Counted from the stretch's first letter, positions 17,630 through 27,327 are shown. The stretch is DNA of 64,000 nucleotides from Spirochaetia bacterium (GCA_965140585.1 OZ223264.1:768001-832000), one strand, 5' to 3'. Notes: a model not told the origin generated them from the sequence alone. Program-made: numbers and translations.

Positions 17630-19452
17630 AAATCAAGATACATACAGACGGTGAAATTAAGGCCGCGGAAATCAAAAAAGGTGAAAGTCTTCTTGATGCG
17701 GTAAACAGAGCGGGTATTGAAGGCTATGATGCTCCCTGCGGAGGCAAGGGGACCTGCGGAAAGTGCAGGGTTAAACTTGTAAGGCCGGAACTTTCCCGGC
17801 AGTATAAGCCTGATTCTGTAGAAACAAAATTCCTCACCGAAAATCAAATAAGTGATGGAACAAGACTGGCCTGCCGTATTTTTCCGGAGAACGATCTTGA
17901 TATTTCAGTTTCTTCCGTAGGGAAATCAGCCTCCATCCTTACAGGTTTTGACGGACAGGCTTTTAATTCGGAACTGATAGGTACCGATGCGCCTGTTTCC
18001 TTAATCAGTATCAATCTTGATAAGCCGTCAATCGAGGATCAGCGTTCCGACTTTGAAAGAATTAAATCAGGCCTTCCCGAAGGCTCGGATATTCCATTGT
18101 GGATGATCCGGCGTCTGCCCGAACTTCTGAGGAAATATGAATATGAGATTTCGGTTAAAACCTGTTTCGGTAAAATCGTTTCGGTGCTTGCGAAAGATGC
18201 AGCCGCAGTTTCATATGCTGTTGCAGTTGATATCGGAACAACTACTGTGGTTTCATATCTTGTCTGCATCAGCGGAGAAGAGCGCGGTCAGGTAATCGAC
18301 TTTGTATCCTCACTGAATTCTCAAAAGGGTTTCGGAGGGGATGTTATCTCCAGAATTGAATTCACAATGCAGGAATCAGGAAATCTTGATGTTCTGCAGC
18401 AGAAAATTACAAGTCAGATATCAACCATGGTCGATAAGCTTTGTGCAAAAGCCGGAATTGAATCTTCCGCGATCGATCTTGTTACAATAGCGGGTAATAC
18501 CACGATGATGCATCTGTTTACCTGTCTGGATCCGGCAGGTATAGCTGCCGCTCCTTTTATTCCGGTTGATACATCACTGCTTGCTGTCTCAGCGCCCGAG
18601 CTGGGGCTGAGTCTTCATGAAGGGTGTACGATAGCACTGCTTCCGTCTATTGCCTCCTATGTTGGGGCGGATATTACCGCAGGAATTATTGCGACCGGTA
18701 TGCATAAAACTGAAAAACTCTCTCTTTTAATTGATATAGGTACAAACGGTGAGATAGTGCTAGGCAGCAGCAGCGGCATGACAGCATGTTCAACTGCAGC
18801 CGGACCGGCTCTGGAAGGGGCTAATATTTCATGCGGGATGGGTGGAGTTCCGGGTGCAATTAACAGGGTATATGCAGGCGATGAGAAGGATATTTTCTTT
18901 GAAGTGATTGGCGGAGACTCCCCAACAGGTATCTGCGGTTCAGGAATTGTAGATGCTGTATCTGTTTTTCTGCAGCAGGGATACATTGATGAGACCGGAA
19001 GGATTATGACTGAGGATGCAGATACATCCGGCACTCTCATTGTAACAGATGACGGTCCAGAACTGAAAATTACAGACGGAATAACCCTAACCCAGAAGGA
19101 CATCAGGGAAATCCAGATGGCCAAGGCTGCAATAGCTGCCGGAATTGCAACGCTGCTTCATGAAACCGGAAAAACTGTTGATGATGTTGAATGTGTGTAT
19201 CTGGCCGGCGGTTTCGGAGCCGCACTGGACAGGCATAATGCCGCGGTGATTGGACTTGTTCCGGCAGACCTTGAAGCTAAAATAGCGGCAGCCGGAAATA
19301 CTGCAGGCAAGGGAGCTGTAATGGCGGCGCTCTCTGCTGAGGTCATTGCTGATATGTCTGATGCAGCACAGCATGTTGATTATATCGAACTCTCAACGAG
19401 TGCCCAGTTTCAGATGGAATACATGAACGCAATGTATTTCAGCAAGCACTAA
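17626..19452 (+). CDS. ASKHA/DUF4445 reductive activator of corrinoid proteins (RACo-like)
   Basis: 2Fe-2S motif CGGKGTCGKC...RLAC; DIGTTT; AGNTTM; YVGADI; DIGTNGE; STAAGPALEG; GICGSG; LAGGFG. Confidence 0.92.
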   Translation: MKIKIHTDGEIKAAEIKKGESLLDAVNRAGIEGYDAPCGGKGTCGKCRVKLVRPELSRQYKPDSVETKFLTENQISDGTRLACRIFPENDLDISVSSVGKSASILTGFDGQAFNSELIGTDAPVSLISINLDKPSIEDQRSDFERIKSGLPEGSDIPLWMIRRLPELLRKYEYEISVKTCFGKIVSVLAKDAAAVSYAVAVDIGTTTVVSYLVCISGEERGQVIDFVSSLNSQKGFGGDVISRIEFTMQESGNLDVLQQKITSQISTMVDKLCAKAGIESSAIDLVTIAGNTTMMHLFTCLDPAGIAAAPFIPVDTSLLAVSAPELGLSLHEGCTIALLPSIASYVGADITAGIIATGMHKTEKLSLLIDIGTNGEIVLGSSSGMTACSTAAGPALEGANISCGMGGVPGAINRVYAGDEKDIFFEVIGGDSPTGICGSGIVDAVSVFLQQGYIDETGRIMTEDADTSGTLIVTDDGPELKITDGITLTQKDIREIQMAKAAIAAGIATLLHETGKTVDDVECVYLAGGFGAALDRHNAAVIGLVPADLEAKIAAAGNTAGKGAVMAALSAEVIADMSDAAQHVDYIELSTSAQFQMEYMNAMYFSKH

Positions 19453-19482
19453 AAAAGCCCCTGCTGTTTTACGGGCAGGGGC
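19451..19482. terminator. Terminator hairpin between convergent genes
   Basis: A6 followed by a GCCCCTGC...GCAGGGGC stem. Confidence 0.65.
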
Positions 19483-19545
19483 CAGGAGAAAAAAGAGGAG
19501 GAAATATCTCAAACAGGTCCTGTTCCGGGCCAATTGAGATATTTT

Positions 19546-20640
19546 TTATCTGATTGTCTGCTCAGATTCTTTATCAAAGAAATAGATCTTTTCAGGAGCC
19601 GGTTTGAAATAGGCTTTGTCACCGACTTTGAAGTTCAGGTGCGGCGGTACCTTTGCAATAAAACTGCTTGTTGATGTCTTTACATGGAGATGTATTTCTT
19701 CACCCAGCTGTTCAATAACGGTAATTGAGCCGGTTATTGAATCCTTCTCGCTTCCGTCTTCTGTATATTTAAGGTTTTCAGGTCGTACACCCATCACAAT
19801 GGTTTTTCCGTTATAATCTTTAAGAAGTTCATCTTTTTCTGATGGAATCTCTATCTGAAAACCGCCCTCATCGGCAATGATTTTACTTCCGTTAATATCG
19901 AGTTTTACAGGGATAAAGTTCATTTGAGGTGAGCCTATGAATCCTGCTACAAAGAGGTTGTCGGGAGCGTTGTAAAGGGTAAGCGGGCTTCCTATCTGCT
20001 GTACAAGACCGTCCTTCATTACAACTATTTTATCAGCCATAGTCATGGCCTCAACCTGATCGTGTGTTACATAAACCATGGTAGCCTTGAGCCGGTGGTG
20101 AAGGCTGGAAATTTCCGCCCTCATCTGGACCCTCAGCTTGGCATCGAGGTTTGAAAGAGGTTCGTCAAAGAGGAATACCTTCGGATGCCTCACAATGGCT
20201 CTTCCTACTGCAACCCTCTGTCTCTGTCCGCCGGATAAGGCCTTTGGTTTTCGTTTAAGAAGACTTTCTATGCCGAGAATAGCTGCGGCTTCTTTAACAC
20301 GCTTGTCAATTTCATCCTTTGAAAACTTTCTGATTTTAAGACCGAAAGCCATGTTGTCATATACAGACATATGAGGATACAAAGCGTAGTTCTGAAATAC
20401 CATTGCAATGTCCCTGTCTTTGGGAGGGACATCATTTACAACCTTGTCAGCAATCTTCAAAGTTCCGTCTGATATTTCCTCAAGTCCTGCAATCATTCTC
20501 AGGGTTGTTGTTTTTCCGCATCCTGATGGACCGACAAGAACAACAAACTCTTCATCTTTTATCTCAATATTTACATTATCAACAGCTTTAACATTTCCGG
20601 GATAAATCTTTGTTATATTTTCAAGTGTTACGGTAGCCAT
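19546..20640 (-). CDS. Carbohydrate ABC transporter ATP-binding subunit (MalK/MsmX/UgpC family)
   Basis: SD GGAGG before ATG 20640; GPSGCGKTT, FQNYALYPHM, LSGGQRQR, DEPLSNLD, VTHDQVEA; TOBE-like tail. Confidence 0.95.
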   Translation of the reverse strand: MATVTLENITKIYPGNVKAVDNVNIEIKDEEFVVLVGPSGCGKTTTLRMIAGLEEISDGTLKIADKVVNDVPPKDRDIAMVFQNYALYPHMSVYDNMAFGLKIRKFSKDEIDKRVKEAAAILGIESLLKRKPKALSGGQRQRVAVGRAIVRHPKVFLFDEPLSNLDAKLRVQMRAEISSLHHRLKATMVYVTHDQVEAMTMADKIVVMKDGLVQQIGSPLTLYNAPDNLFVAGFIGSPQMNFIPVKLDINGSKIIADEGGFQIEIPSEKDELLKDYNGKTIVMGVRPENLKYTEDGSEKDSITGSITVIEQLGEEIHLHVKTSTSSFIAKVPPHLNFKVGDKAYFKPAPEKIYFFDKESEQTIR

Positions 20641-20671
20641 AAAATCCTCCAATCGATATGCAATATTAGCA

Positions 20672-20765
20672 TTGTTTGAGTTGTAAGTCAAACAAATATC
20701 AAACAAATAGAAGTTTATAGTCAAACAATAGTCAAACAATAGCTGTAAAAATAGTTCTTGTTTGA
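20672..20765. repeat. Array of six TCAAACAA motifs (probable operator array)
   Basis: Forward copies at 20688, 20699, 20721, 20732; reverse copies (TTGTTTGA) at 20672 and 20758. Confidence 0.85.
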
Positions 20766-20805
20766 TATTCGCTTTGAATGTACTATGTAGCCAGGATAAA
20801 TCAGG

Positions 20806-21888
20806 GTGAAAGAACTTCTTTATCAAAAGATATACAGCCATCTCCGTGAAGAGATAGTCAGCGGCAGAATTCCAGCAGGCGTCAGGCTTCCGGGAGTACG
20901 GGAGCTCGCAGAACAGTGGGAAACAAGCGGAAATACGGTTATTAAAGCTGTGGATCTTCTGCAGAAGGATCAGCTTATAGACAAGAGGCCGGGCAGGGGA
21001 ATGATTGTCTGTGAACCTTTTGAGCCGCAGGCTGCGAAGACTTATACAATAGGTCTTATTGTACAGGATATTGCTGCCCCATGTAATGCCGGGCTTGTCA
21101 GTCAGATAGAAAAGCAGGCTGCGGCATCCGGTATGGGCCTGTCGATTCGCAGCTCTTCGTCGGGAAACGAAACGGCTATCGCTTCTGAAATGGAAAATCT
21201 GGGCTGCTCTGCTGTTATAATAATTCCTTCAGCCGGAATATCAGCGGCTGTATTTTCCGGAATAAGTATTCCGGTTCTGTTTACCGGCGATTTTAACCCT
21301 TCTGCAAAATTTGAAGGTAATTTTATTGTTGTTGATCGATATGATGCTTTTTACCGAATGGCTGTTCATATGCTGGAATCCGGCTGCCTGAACCCGGCAT
21401 ATATAGGCGCTTCAAAAGAGCTGAAACTGGAACCCGGATATGCCGCCTGCAGAGATGCTGTTGATGGCACACGATTCGGTTTCAGGGAGGAGTACGCCGT
21501 ATCTGCAGGCGGCTACGAGACAGAGCAGGGCAAAACGGCAATGCAGCAGCTTCTTTTAAATGAAGAGTATCCTGACGCCGTGATATGCGCAACTGATACG
21601 CTTGCCGCAGGAGCGTTTAAAGCCTGCAGGGAGGCGGGGCTTGAAGTTCCAGGTGATATCGGTATAACCGGAGCAGGCAATCAGGACATTTCCGAAGCTC
21701 TGGATCCGTCTTTGACGACTATTCAAAGCCCTGACAAGCTTACGGCGCTGCTATGCATAAATGCAGTATCCGACATTATCAAGGGCAGTCTGGTTGCTGA
21801 AAGTCTGATCAGGGTGAGGCTTGAGATGCAGCTGATCTTCCGTGACTCTTCCGGGACCGGAGAGTCCGACGGAAGTGAGTGGCTTTAG
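20806..21888 (+). CDS. GntR-HTH / LacI-type sensor hybrid regulator (AraR-like architecture)
   Basis: LYQKIYSHLREEIVSG...RLPGVRELAEQW; C-terminal PDAVICATD, VPGDIGITG, PSLTTI. Confidence 0.88.
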   Translation: MKELLYQKIYSHLREEIVSGRIPAGVRLPGVRELAEQWETSGNTVIKAVDLLQKDQLIDKRPGRGMIVCEPFEPQAAKTYTIGLIVQDIAAPCNAGLVSQIEKQAAASGMGLSIRSSSSGNETAIASEMENLGCSAVIIIPSAGISAAVFSGISIPVLFTGDFNPSAKFEGNFIVVDRYDAFYRMAVHMLESGCLNPAYIGASKELKLEPGYAACRDAVDGTRFGFREEYAVSAGGYETEQGKTAMQQLLLNEEYPDAVICATDTLAAGAFKACREAGLEVPGDIGITGAGNQDISEALDPSLTTIQSPDKLTALLCINAVSDIIKGSLVAESLIRVRLEMQLIFRDSSGTGESDGSEWL

Positions 21889-21922
21889 ATTACCGCCGAA
21901 TCTCCGGTATGCTTCAGTTTTT

Positions 21923-22468
21923 TTAATCTTCAACCAATGCCTGAAGCGGATTATGCTTATAGAGCCTGTCCTTAACAGCCAGAACTGTAAGCGGTTTTTT
22001 CAGATATTGATGAAATAGAATATCATGGCCAAGACATAGTCCCATCTCGATTACAAGATCTGCATCGCTCTGGTTAATCGCCTCAGCCTGTCCTATAGGA
22101 TTGCAGTTGACCCCGCCTTTAAGATTATCGCTTATCTCAGATTCCTTAATTCCGTTTACAGTACAGCGGAAAGAACTCGGTTTTAGACCCTTATCTTTCA
22201 GTATTTCTGAAAGTCTCAGAGCTTCTTTTTCCATCGAAAAACAATAAGCCAGAGCTATTTTTGTCCATCCCTGAAGTTTTGAAAATTCGATTACTTCATC
22301 AAGTCTCGAAAGGCTGCCGGCTCTTCCGCCCGCAACCAGTTTATCGGCATTCTCGTAAAATTCGGGAATGCCGTCTTTTTTATATTCTTTGACTATGCTG
22401 TCGTGGGCGCCGTTGCAATCACGCCCGTCAGATTTGCATGCCTTGGAGCTGCAGTTCAGACAGTTCAT
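21923..22468 (-). CDS. DUF1847-like Cys-rich metal-binding protein
   Basis: MNCLNC...C...C; SRLDEVIEF; CNPIGQA; GLCLGHD; KDR..HNP. Confidence 0.75.
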   Translation of the reverse strand: MNCLNCSSKACKSDGRDCNGAHDSIVKEYKKDGIPEFYENADKLVAGGRAGSLSRLDEVIEFSKLQGWTKIALAYCFSMEKEALRLSEILKDKGLKPSSFRCTVNGIKESEISDNLKGGVNCNPIGQAEAINQSDADLVIEMGLCLGHDILFHQYLKKPLTVLAVKDRLYKHNPLQALVED

Positions 22469-24258
22469 TTAATCAGTCCCTCAAGCTGGCTGCACAGTTC
22501 TCCGAAGCGCTTCATTGCAGCCTGTACCGGTTCAGGACTGCTCATATCAACTCCGGCCGCAGCAAGAGATTCAAGTGGATATTTTGATCCGCCTGATTTG
22601 AGGAATGAGAGGTACTGGTCACGGTCTGTTTCTGTACCGCTTAATACCTTTGTAGAAAGAGCAATCGCTGCCGCAAGACCGGTAGCATACTTGTAAACGT
22701 AGAAAGCCCTGTAGAAATGGGGGATTCTGAGTCCTTCGAGATCACTTTCAGCAAACAGTTCAACATCGGGGCCGAAGTATTTCTCCAGCAGGCTTCTGTA
22801 GAGTTTTCTTACCGATTCAACACTTAAGGGCTGGCCTTCTTCAACCATCTTATGGGCAAGATGTTCAAATTCGGCAAACATGGTCTGTCTGAATATGGTT
22901 GCAATAATATCATCAACCTGTTTCCCAATCAGGTAGGCTTTCATTTCATCAGACTCAGCTCTATCGAAAAGATATTTTGCAAGAAGCTGTTCGTTGAACG
23001 TTGAAGCTACTTCAGCCTCAAATATCGTATAGCTGTAATTCTGAAAGGGGTTGTTTCTCACACTGTACCAGGAATGCATCGAGTGTCCGCCTTCATGGGC
23101 AAGGGTAAACACATCGCGAAGAACGTCTTCCTTGAAGTTCATCAGGATGTATGGATCGCCGATGTAGGACCCTGCTGAAAAGGCGCCGGAGCGTTTACCT
23201 TTGTTCTCATAGCGGTCAACCCATCCGCCTTTAAGTCCGTTTTCAAGCGTGCTGCAGTACTCTTGACCCATCGGTTTCAATGCTTTTATGATTACTTCAA
23301 CAGCCTCATCATAGGTATGTTTTACCTTGATGTCTTTAACAAGCGGTACATAAACGTCGAAATGGCTTAGTTTTTCAAGGCCAAGTGCTCGGCGCCGCAG
23401 ATCGTAGTAACGGTGAAGGGCCGGCAGGTTTTCGCCTATGGTGCTCAGAAGGTTGTCATACACAGTTTCTTCAACCTTGTCCGGGAAAAGTGCGGCTGCC
23501 CTCGAGGAACTGTAGTTGCGGATGCGTGATTTATATATGTCCAGATGGACATTTCCAGCATAGAGAGTTGATAGTGTATTTTTATGAGATTCAAAATTGC
23601 TGTAGAACTGAAAATATGCCTGCTTTCTGATTTCTCTGTCGGGATTTATCAGGAATGAGCCGAAAGTTGACTGTGTGAGGGGGATTTCTCCCTCTTCAGT
23701 GATAATATTTCCAAATGACATATCGACATTGGTAAGTGATGAAAATGTCCTTGACGAAGTCTGATTTGCCTCAGCCTGCATGGCTATCAGTTTTTCTTCC
23801 TTCTCGGACAGGATATGCGGCCTGTAGCGCAGGATTTTGTTCAGCATTATCGAATATTCAGATAGTCCCGGTGATGCCATAAATGATTTCATTTTATCTT
23901 CAGAAACAGCCTGAATCTCCGGAGTCTGGTAACTGGCAGCTGCTGAGGCCTGTGCGGCAAGAGACATGAATCTTGAAAAACGCTCCTGTCCGCTGCTGTT
24001 TCCTTCATCCTCGTTGAGTCTTAAATGAGCGTAGGACCCGAGTCTTTCTTCCATGAGTTCAAACTCATTCATATAATCGAGGCATTCCTTAAGTTTCTCA
24101 GCAGACTCCCCGAGAGTCCCTCTGAAATTTTCTATCCCCGGTATCATTTTCTGAAAAGCCTTTAAATCAGCCTCCCAGTCTTCTTCTGTTTTATATAAAC
24201 CTGAAAGATCCCATTTGTCCTTCACATCTACTTCATGTCTTTCCGGTATTTTACTCAT
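22465..24258 (-). CDS. pepF: Oligoendopeptidase F (M3B)
   Basis: WDLSGLY; GKRSGAFS; TLAHEGGHSMH; AEVAS; PHFY..FYVYKYATG; SD GGAG before ATG 24258. Confidence 0.95.
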   Translation of the reverse strand: MSKIPERHEVDVKDKWDLSGLYKTEEDWEADLKAFQKMIPGIENFRGTLGESAEKLKECLDYMNEFELMEERLGSYAHLRLNEDEGNSSGQERFSRFMSLAAQASAAASYQTPEIQAVSEDKMKSFMASPGLSEYSIMLNKILRYRPHILSEKEEKLIAMQAEANQTSSRTFSSLTNVDMSFGNIITEEGEIPLTQSTFGSFLINPDREIRKQAYFQFYSNFESHKNTLSTLYAGNVHLDIYKSRIRNYSSSRAAALFPDKVEETVYDNLLSTIGENLPALHRYYDLRRRALGLEKLSHFDVYVPLVKDIKVKHTYDEAVEVIIKALKPMGQEYCSTLENGLKGGWVDRYENKGKRSGAFSAGSYIGDPYILMNFKEDVLRDVFTLAHEGGHSMHSWYSVRNNPFQNYSYTIFEAEVASTFNEQLLAKYLFDRAESDEMKAYLIGKQVDDIIATIFRQTMFAEFEHLAHKMVEEGQPLSVESVRKLYRSLLEKYFGPDVELFAESDLEGLRIPHFYRAFYVYKYATGLAAAIALSTKVLSGTETDRDQYLSFLKSGGSKYPLESLAAAGVDMSSPEPVQAAMKRFGELCSQLEGLIK

Positions 24259-24259
24259 A

Positions 24260-24853
24260 TCATTCTCCAATTATTAATTTTGCCAGTCTTGAAGCAGCTC
24301 TGCCCCTATGGCTTATTTTATTTTTTTCAACTTCGCCTATTTCTGCAACAGTCATTCCGTATCCGGGCAGAAAAAAGACAGGATCATAACCGAAGCCGCC
24401 GCAGCCTGCGGGTTTAAAGGTTATACTTCCGTCAACCGACTCCTGTACCGTATACACACGGTATTCATCAATTATAAGACTCATACAGCATACAAAATGA
24501 GCGGTTCTCTGGGCAGCCGTTTCCAGGTGCTTCATTTTATCAAGCAGATACAGGTTTCTATCCTCACTTGAAAGGTCGGGACCTCCCCTGCTTCCGTAGC
24601 GTGCTGAATATATTCCCGGCTCACCGTCGAGACCATCAACGCATAAACCTGAATCATCGGCTATTACGGGCCTCCCGGCTAATTTAAACAGCGTTTCAGC
24701 TTTTAGAAGTGAATTCGCAAGAAAAGTTGTTCCTGTTTCGTCGCAGTCAAAGTCTATTCCAAGCTCATCAGGGGTGATGATTTTATGATCTTTGAGGATC
24801 TGTGAAAGTTCGTGTTTTTTATGCTGATTGTTTGTTGCAAGCAGAAGTTCCAT
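24260..24853 (-). CDS. rdgB: Non-canonical purine NTP pyrophosphatase (RdgB/HAM1)
   Basis: ATNNQHK, ADDSGL, PGIYSARY, GFGYDPVF, KNKISHR. Confidence 0.95.
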   Translation of the reverse strand: MELLLATNNQHKKHELSQILKDHKIITPDELGIDFDCDETGTTFLANSLLKAETLFKLAGRPVIADDSGLCVDGLDGEPGIYSARYGSRGGPDLSSEDRNLYLLDKMKHLETAAQRTAHFVCCMSLIIDEYRVYTVQESVDGSITFKPAGCGGFGYDPVFFLPGYGMTVAEIGEVEKNKISHRGRAASRLAKLIIGE

Positions 24854-24936
24854 TAATTATCTCCAGACCTACTATTATTCCAGTAAAAGCCCTTGTGGGC
24901 AAGAGGTCCGAAGGAGACTGAATAAAACAGCTCTGA

Positions 24937-24965
24937 TTGACAGTCTGATATTCAGTTGCTAAGAT
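24937..24965 (+). promoter_or_regulatory. Sigma70-type promoter of the HIT gene (probably leaderless)
   Basis: TTGACA-17 bp-TAAGAT with extended TG; ends 6 nt before the ATG. Confidence 0.75.
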
Positions 24966-24971
24966 TCATCC

Positions 24972-25406
24972 ATGGAAAATAATGACTGTATATTCTGCAA
25001 AATATTGAAAAAGGAAATGTCTGCAACAATAGTCTATGAAGACGATCTTGTTATGGCATTTATGGATGTTTTTCCCATCAACCCCGGTCATGTGCTTGTG
25101 ATACCCAGAGAGCATCAGCAGTATATTTCCGATGTATCGGACGAAGCTGCTGCAAGGATGTTCGAAGTAGGGCGGAAGGTGAATACTGCACTCCGGAACA
25201 GCGGACTGAAGTGTGAAGCTGTGAATTTCATACTATCAGACGGTGTGGCTGCCTCTCAGGAGGTGTTTCACTCCCATCTTCATTGTGTCCCGAGATATGA
25301 GGGTGATGGAGTGAAATTTATATATCCCGGAAAGGCCAAGGGGATGGCTGATGCCGATGAACTGAAAGGCAACGCCGGGTCAATCCGGAATAATCTTAAA
25401 ATCTGA
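24972..25406 (+). CDS. HIT-family hydrolase
   Basis: CIFCKI, PGHVLVIP, HSHLH triad. Confidence 0.93.
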   Translation: MENNDCIFCKILKKEMSATIVYEDDLVMAFMDVFPINPGHVLVIPREHQQYISDVSDEAAARMFEVGRKVNTALRNSGLKCEAVNFILSDGVAASQEVFHSHLHCVPRYEGDGVKFIYPGKAKGMADADELKGNAGSIRNNLKI

Positions 25407-25412
25407 ACTTGT

Positions 25413-26426
25413 TCAGGACATAAGCCCGGCGAACACCTTTCTAAGTTCTGCTTCAGCGTCGCTGCGGCTTCCCTTCCATTCAAAGCCGGCTGCTCTCTTA
25501 TGTCCGCCGCCTCCGAATGAGGCGGCAACAGCACCTACATCAAGATCATCAAGACTTCTGAGGCTTACCGAACATTTACCTTCCTCTTCTTCACGGACAA
25601 AGATGATGGCTTCACACCCTTTAACCCCGAAGAGCTGACTGTTGATCGTGTCAGAGTCTCGGTTTTTAGAGCCGTACTTATTTTTTTCTTCAAGGGTTTC
25701 ATAAATGAATATACAGCGGCCGTCCAGAAAGCTTTCCGCCCTAGAAAGGATCCTCCCTGTCAGTATCTTGCTCTCCAGCGGCCTTCCTCCGTACATCCGG
25801 TAGAAAAGCTTTTTCGGGGAGGCTCCATACGCCAGCAGCTCAGCAGCCAGCTGCATTGCTTCAGAATCGGTTTCAGAAGAATCGAGGTGTCTGAAGTATC
25901 CAGTGTCGGTTATGAATCCGAATAAAAGATCCTCGGCGGCCGTCTCCTGCGGTTTGCAGCCTAATTCCTTCATAAGCTTGTAGACAAGTACTGTGGTTGA
26001 AGGTGATTTACCCTCAACATAACTCACATCACCGAAGGGCCTGCCTGATGCGTGGTGATCTATTACTGCCACGGGATATTCCTTAATTTCTTCAGCAAAT
26101 CCTGCACCTATTCTGTCCGGGGTTGAGCAGTCTGCAATTATTACGGCACATTCAGCTTTGACAACGGGATTGCTGATGTCTTTTCCTGCTTTTTCAGCAG
26201 CTTCTGCAATGCTTGGTGAAAACATAGACATCATCTCCATTGATTCAGGTCTGATAAAAGGACCGGGAGAGCATAGTGCCGCTTTTTTTCCAAGACTATC
26301 TATCAGATCGGCGAGGCCTGTCTGTGAACCCAGACAGTCTCCGTCGGGTTCTTCATGACCGAGAATGAAAAAAGTACTGTATTTATCTATAAAACTTTTA
26401 AGTTTCTGAGGTATTTCTTTCAGCAT
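25413..26426 (-). CDS. DHH/DHHA1 phosphoesterase (NrnA-like)
   Basis: HEEPDGD, IDHH, TDTGYF, SLRS, GGGGH. Confidence 0.9.
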   Translation of the reverse strand: MLKEIPQKLKSFIDKYSTFFILGHEEPDGDCLGSQTGLADLIDSLGKKAALCSPGPFIRPESMEMMSMFSPSIAEAAEKAGKDISNPVVKAECAVIIADCSTPDRIGAGFAEEIKEYPVAVIDHHASGRPFGDVSYVEGKSPSTTVLVYKLMKELGCKPQETAAEDLLFGFITDTGYFRHLDSSETDSEAMQLAAELLAYGASPKKLFYRMYGGRPLESKILTGRILSRAESFLDGRCIFIYETLEEKNKYGSKNRDSDTINSQLFGVKGCEAIIFVREEEEGKCSVSLRSLDDLDVGAVAASFGGGGHKRAAGFEWKGSRSDAEAELRKVFAGLMS

Positions 26427-26501
26427 ATTATGTCCTTGTTCTGATGGTTAATATGTTAATTTACGCATTTAGACAGTAATATGCAATAATTTTAGCGGTT
26501 T

Positions 26502-26548
26502 AAAAAGAGAAAACCGGAGCTCACCGTAACACGGGAACTCCGGTTTTC
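26502..26548 (-). terminator. Terminator after the TRAP/DUF169 operon
   Basis: GAAAACCGGAG...CTCCGGTTTTC stem; U-rich tail on the minus strand. Confidence 0.7.
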
Positions 26549-26570
26549 AAAGGATTGTTGGGAGAAAAGG

Positions 26571-27317
26571 TTAAAGCTCCTCTTTAACTTCAGCGACGAT
26601 TTCCTGCATTCTCTTGAGATGGTTTTCCTTTCCCCAGGAGTATTGAGGAAGATCCCATTCTATGGTTTTCAGGTTTTCTGCGACTTCAGGTATTGCATTG
26701 TAGGGAATCGACAGAAAGAGCCATCCCGGCGGGAACAGTTTTCTTGCTTTCATTCCGTGATGAAGACCCGTGACCATCATGTTCAGCTCTCCGCTGAAAT
26801 ATGGATACAGGTATAAAAATGCACATCCTACAACTGTTGTTCCCTTTGCATTCCATGCTGCTCCGGAGCGGTAGGTATATGCTCTCATTATAATTTCTGC
26901 CTGGTCTGCATCTGCAGTTAATATAAGAAGATCAGGGTTGAAATTAAGTGTATCAAGTTTTGAGTATAAAACGTAGTTAACACTGTTTTTTTCAAATTTT
27001 GACATGTTGGTATACAGCTTTCTATTCGCCCTCGGATCTTCGTAAACTCCGAGCCTCGGTCCAACCTGTCCGCTTTCAAATATTGGATCTCCTTCTTCCA
27101 TTCCCAGCAGAATAGGGCCGGCCTTGCATTCATGGTTTTCTGCAGTTGTATAAAACGGTCTGTCGTATTCCTGAGCTTCTTTGAGCATCTCGCAAAAAGC
27201 CAGTTTTTTTTCAATGTGTTCAACTCCGACAGGTTTTGTTAAAAGGAATTTGACACCAACAGGACTGAATTTAAAATTAAAATTTTTGAATATTGAAAAA
27301 TCTATTGTATCGTTCAT
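26571..27317 (-). CDS. DUF169-like protein
   Basis: SPVGVKF, AFCEM, HECKAG..LG, PDLLIL, GCA pattern; family recognised from memory. Confidence 0.65.
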   Translation of the reverse strand: MNDTIDFSIFKNFNFKFSPVGVKFLLTKPVGVEHIEKKLAFCEMLKEAQEYDRPFYTTAENHECKAGPILLGMEEGDPIFESGQVGPRLGVYEDPRANRKLYTNMSKFEKNSVNYVLYSKLDTLNFNPDLLILTADADQAEIIMRAYTYRSGAAWNAKGTTVVGCAFLYLYPYFSGELNMMVTGLHHGMKARKLFPPGWLFLSIPYNAIPEVAENLKTIEWDLPQYSWGKENHLKRMQEIVAEVKEEL

Positions 27318-27327
27318 TATTTGTTCC

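Noticed and set aside
20672-20765. TCAAACAA repeats as a CRISPR array or replication iterons
   Set aside because: Units are 8 bp with no spacers and no cas or rep gene; they lie in a divergent promoter region beside a regulator.
20641-20841. 67-aa N-terminal extension of the ABC ATPase in the ORF track
   Set aside because: A strong SD precedes ATG 20640 and MalK-like sequence starts there; the extension crosses the operator array and the opposite gene.
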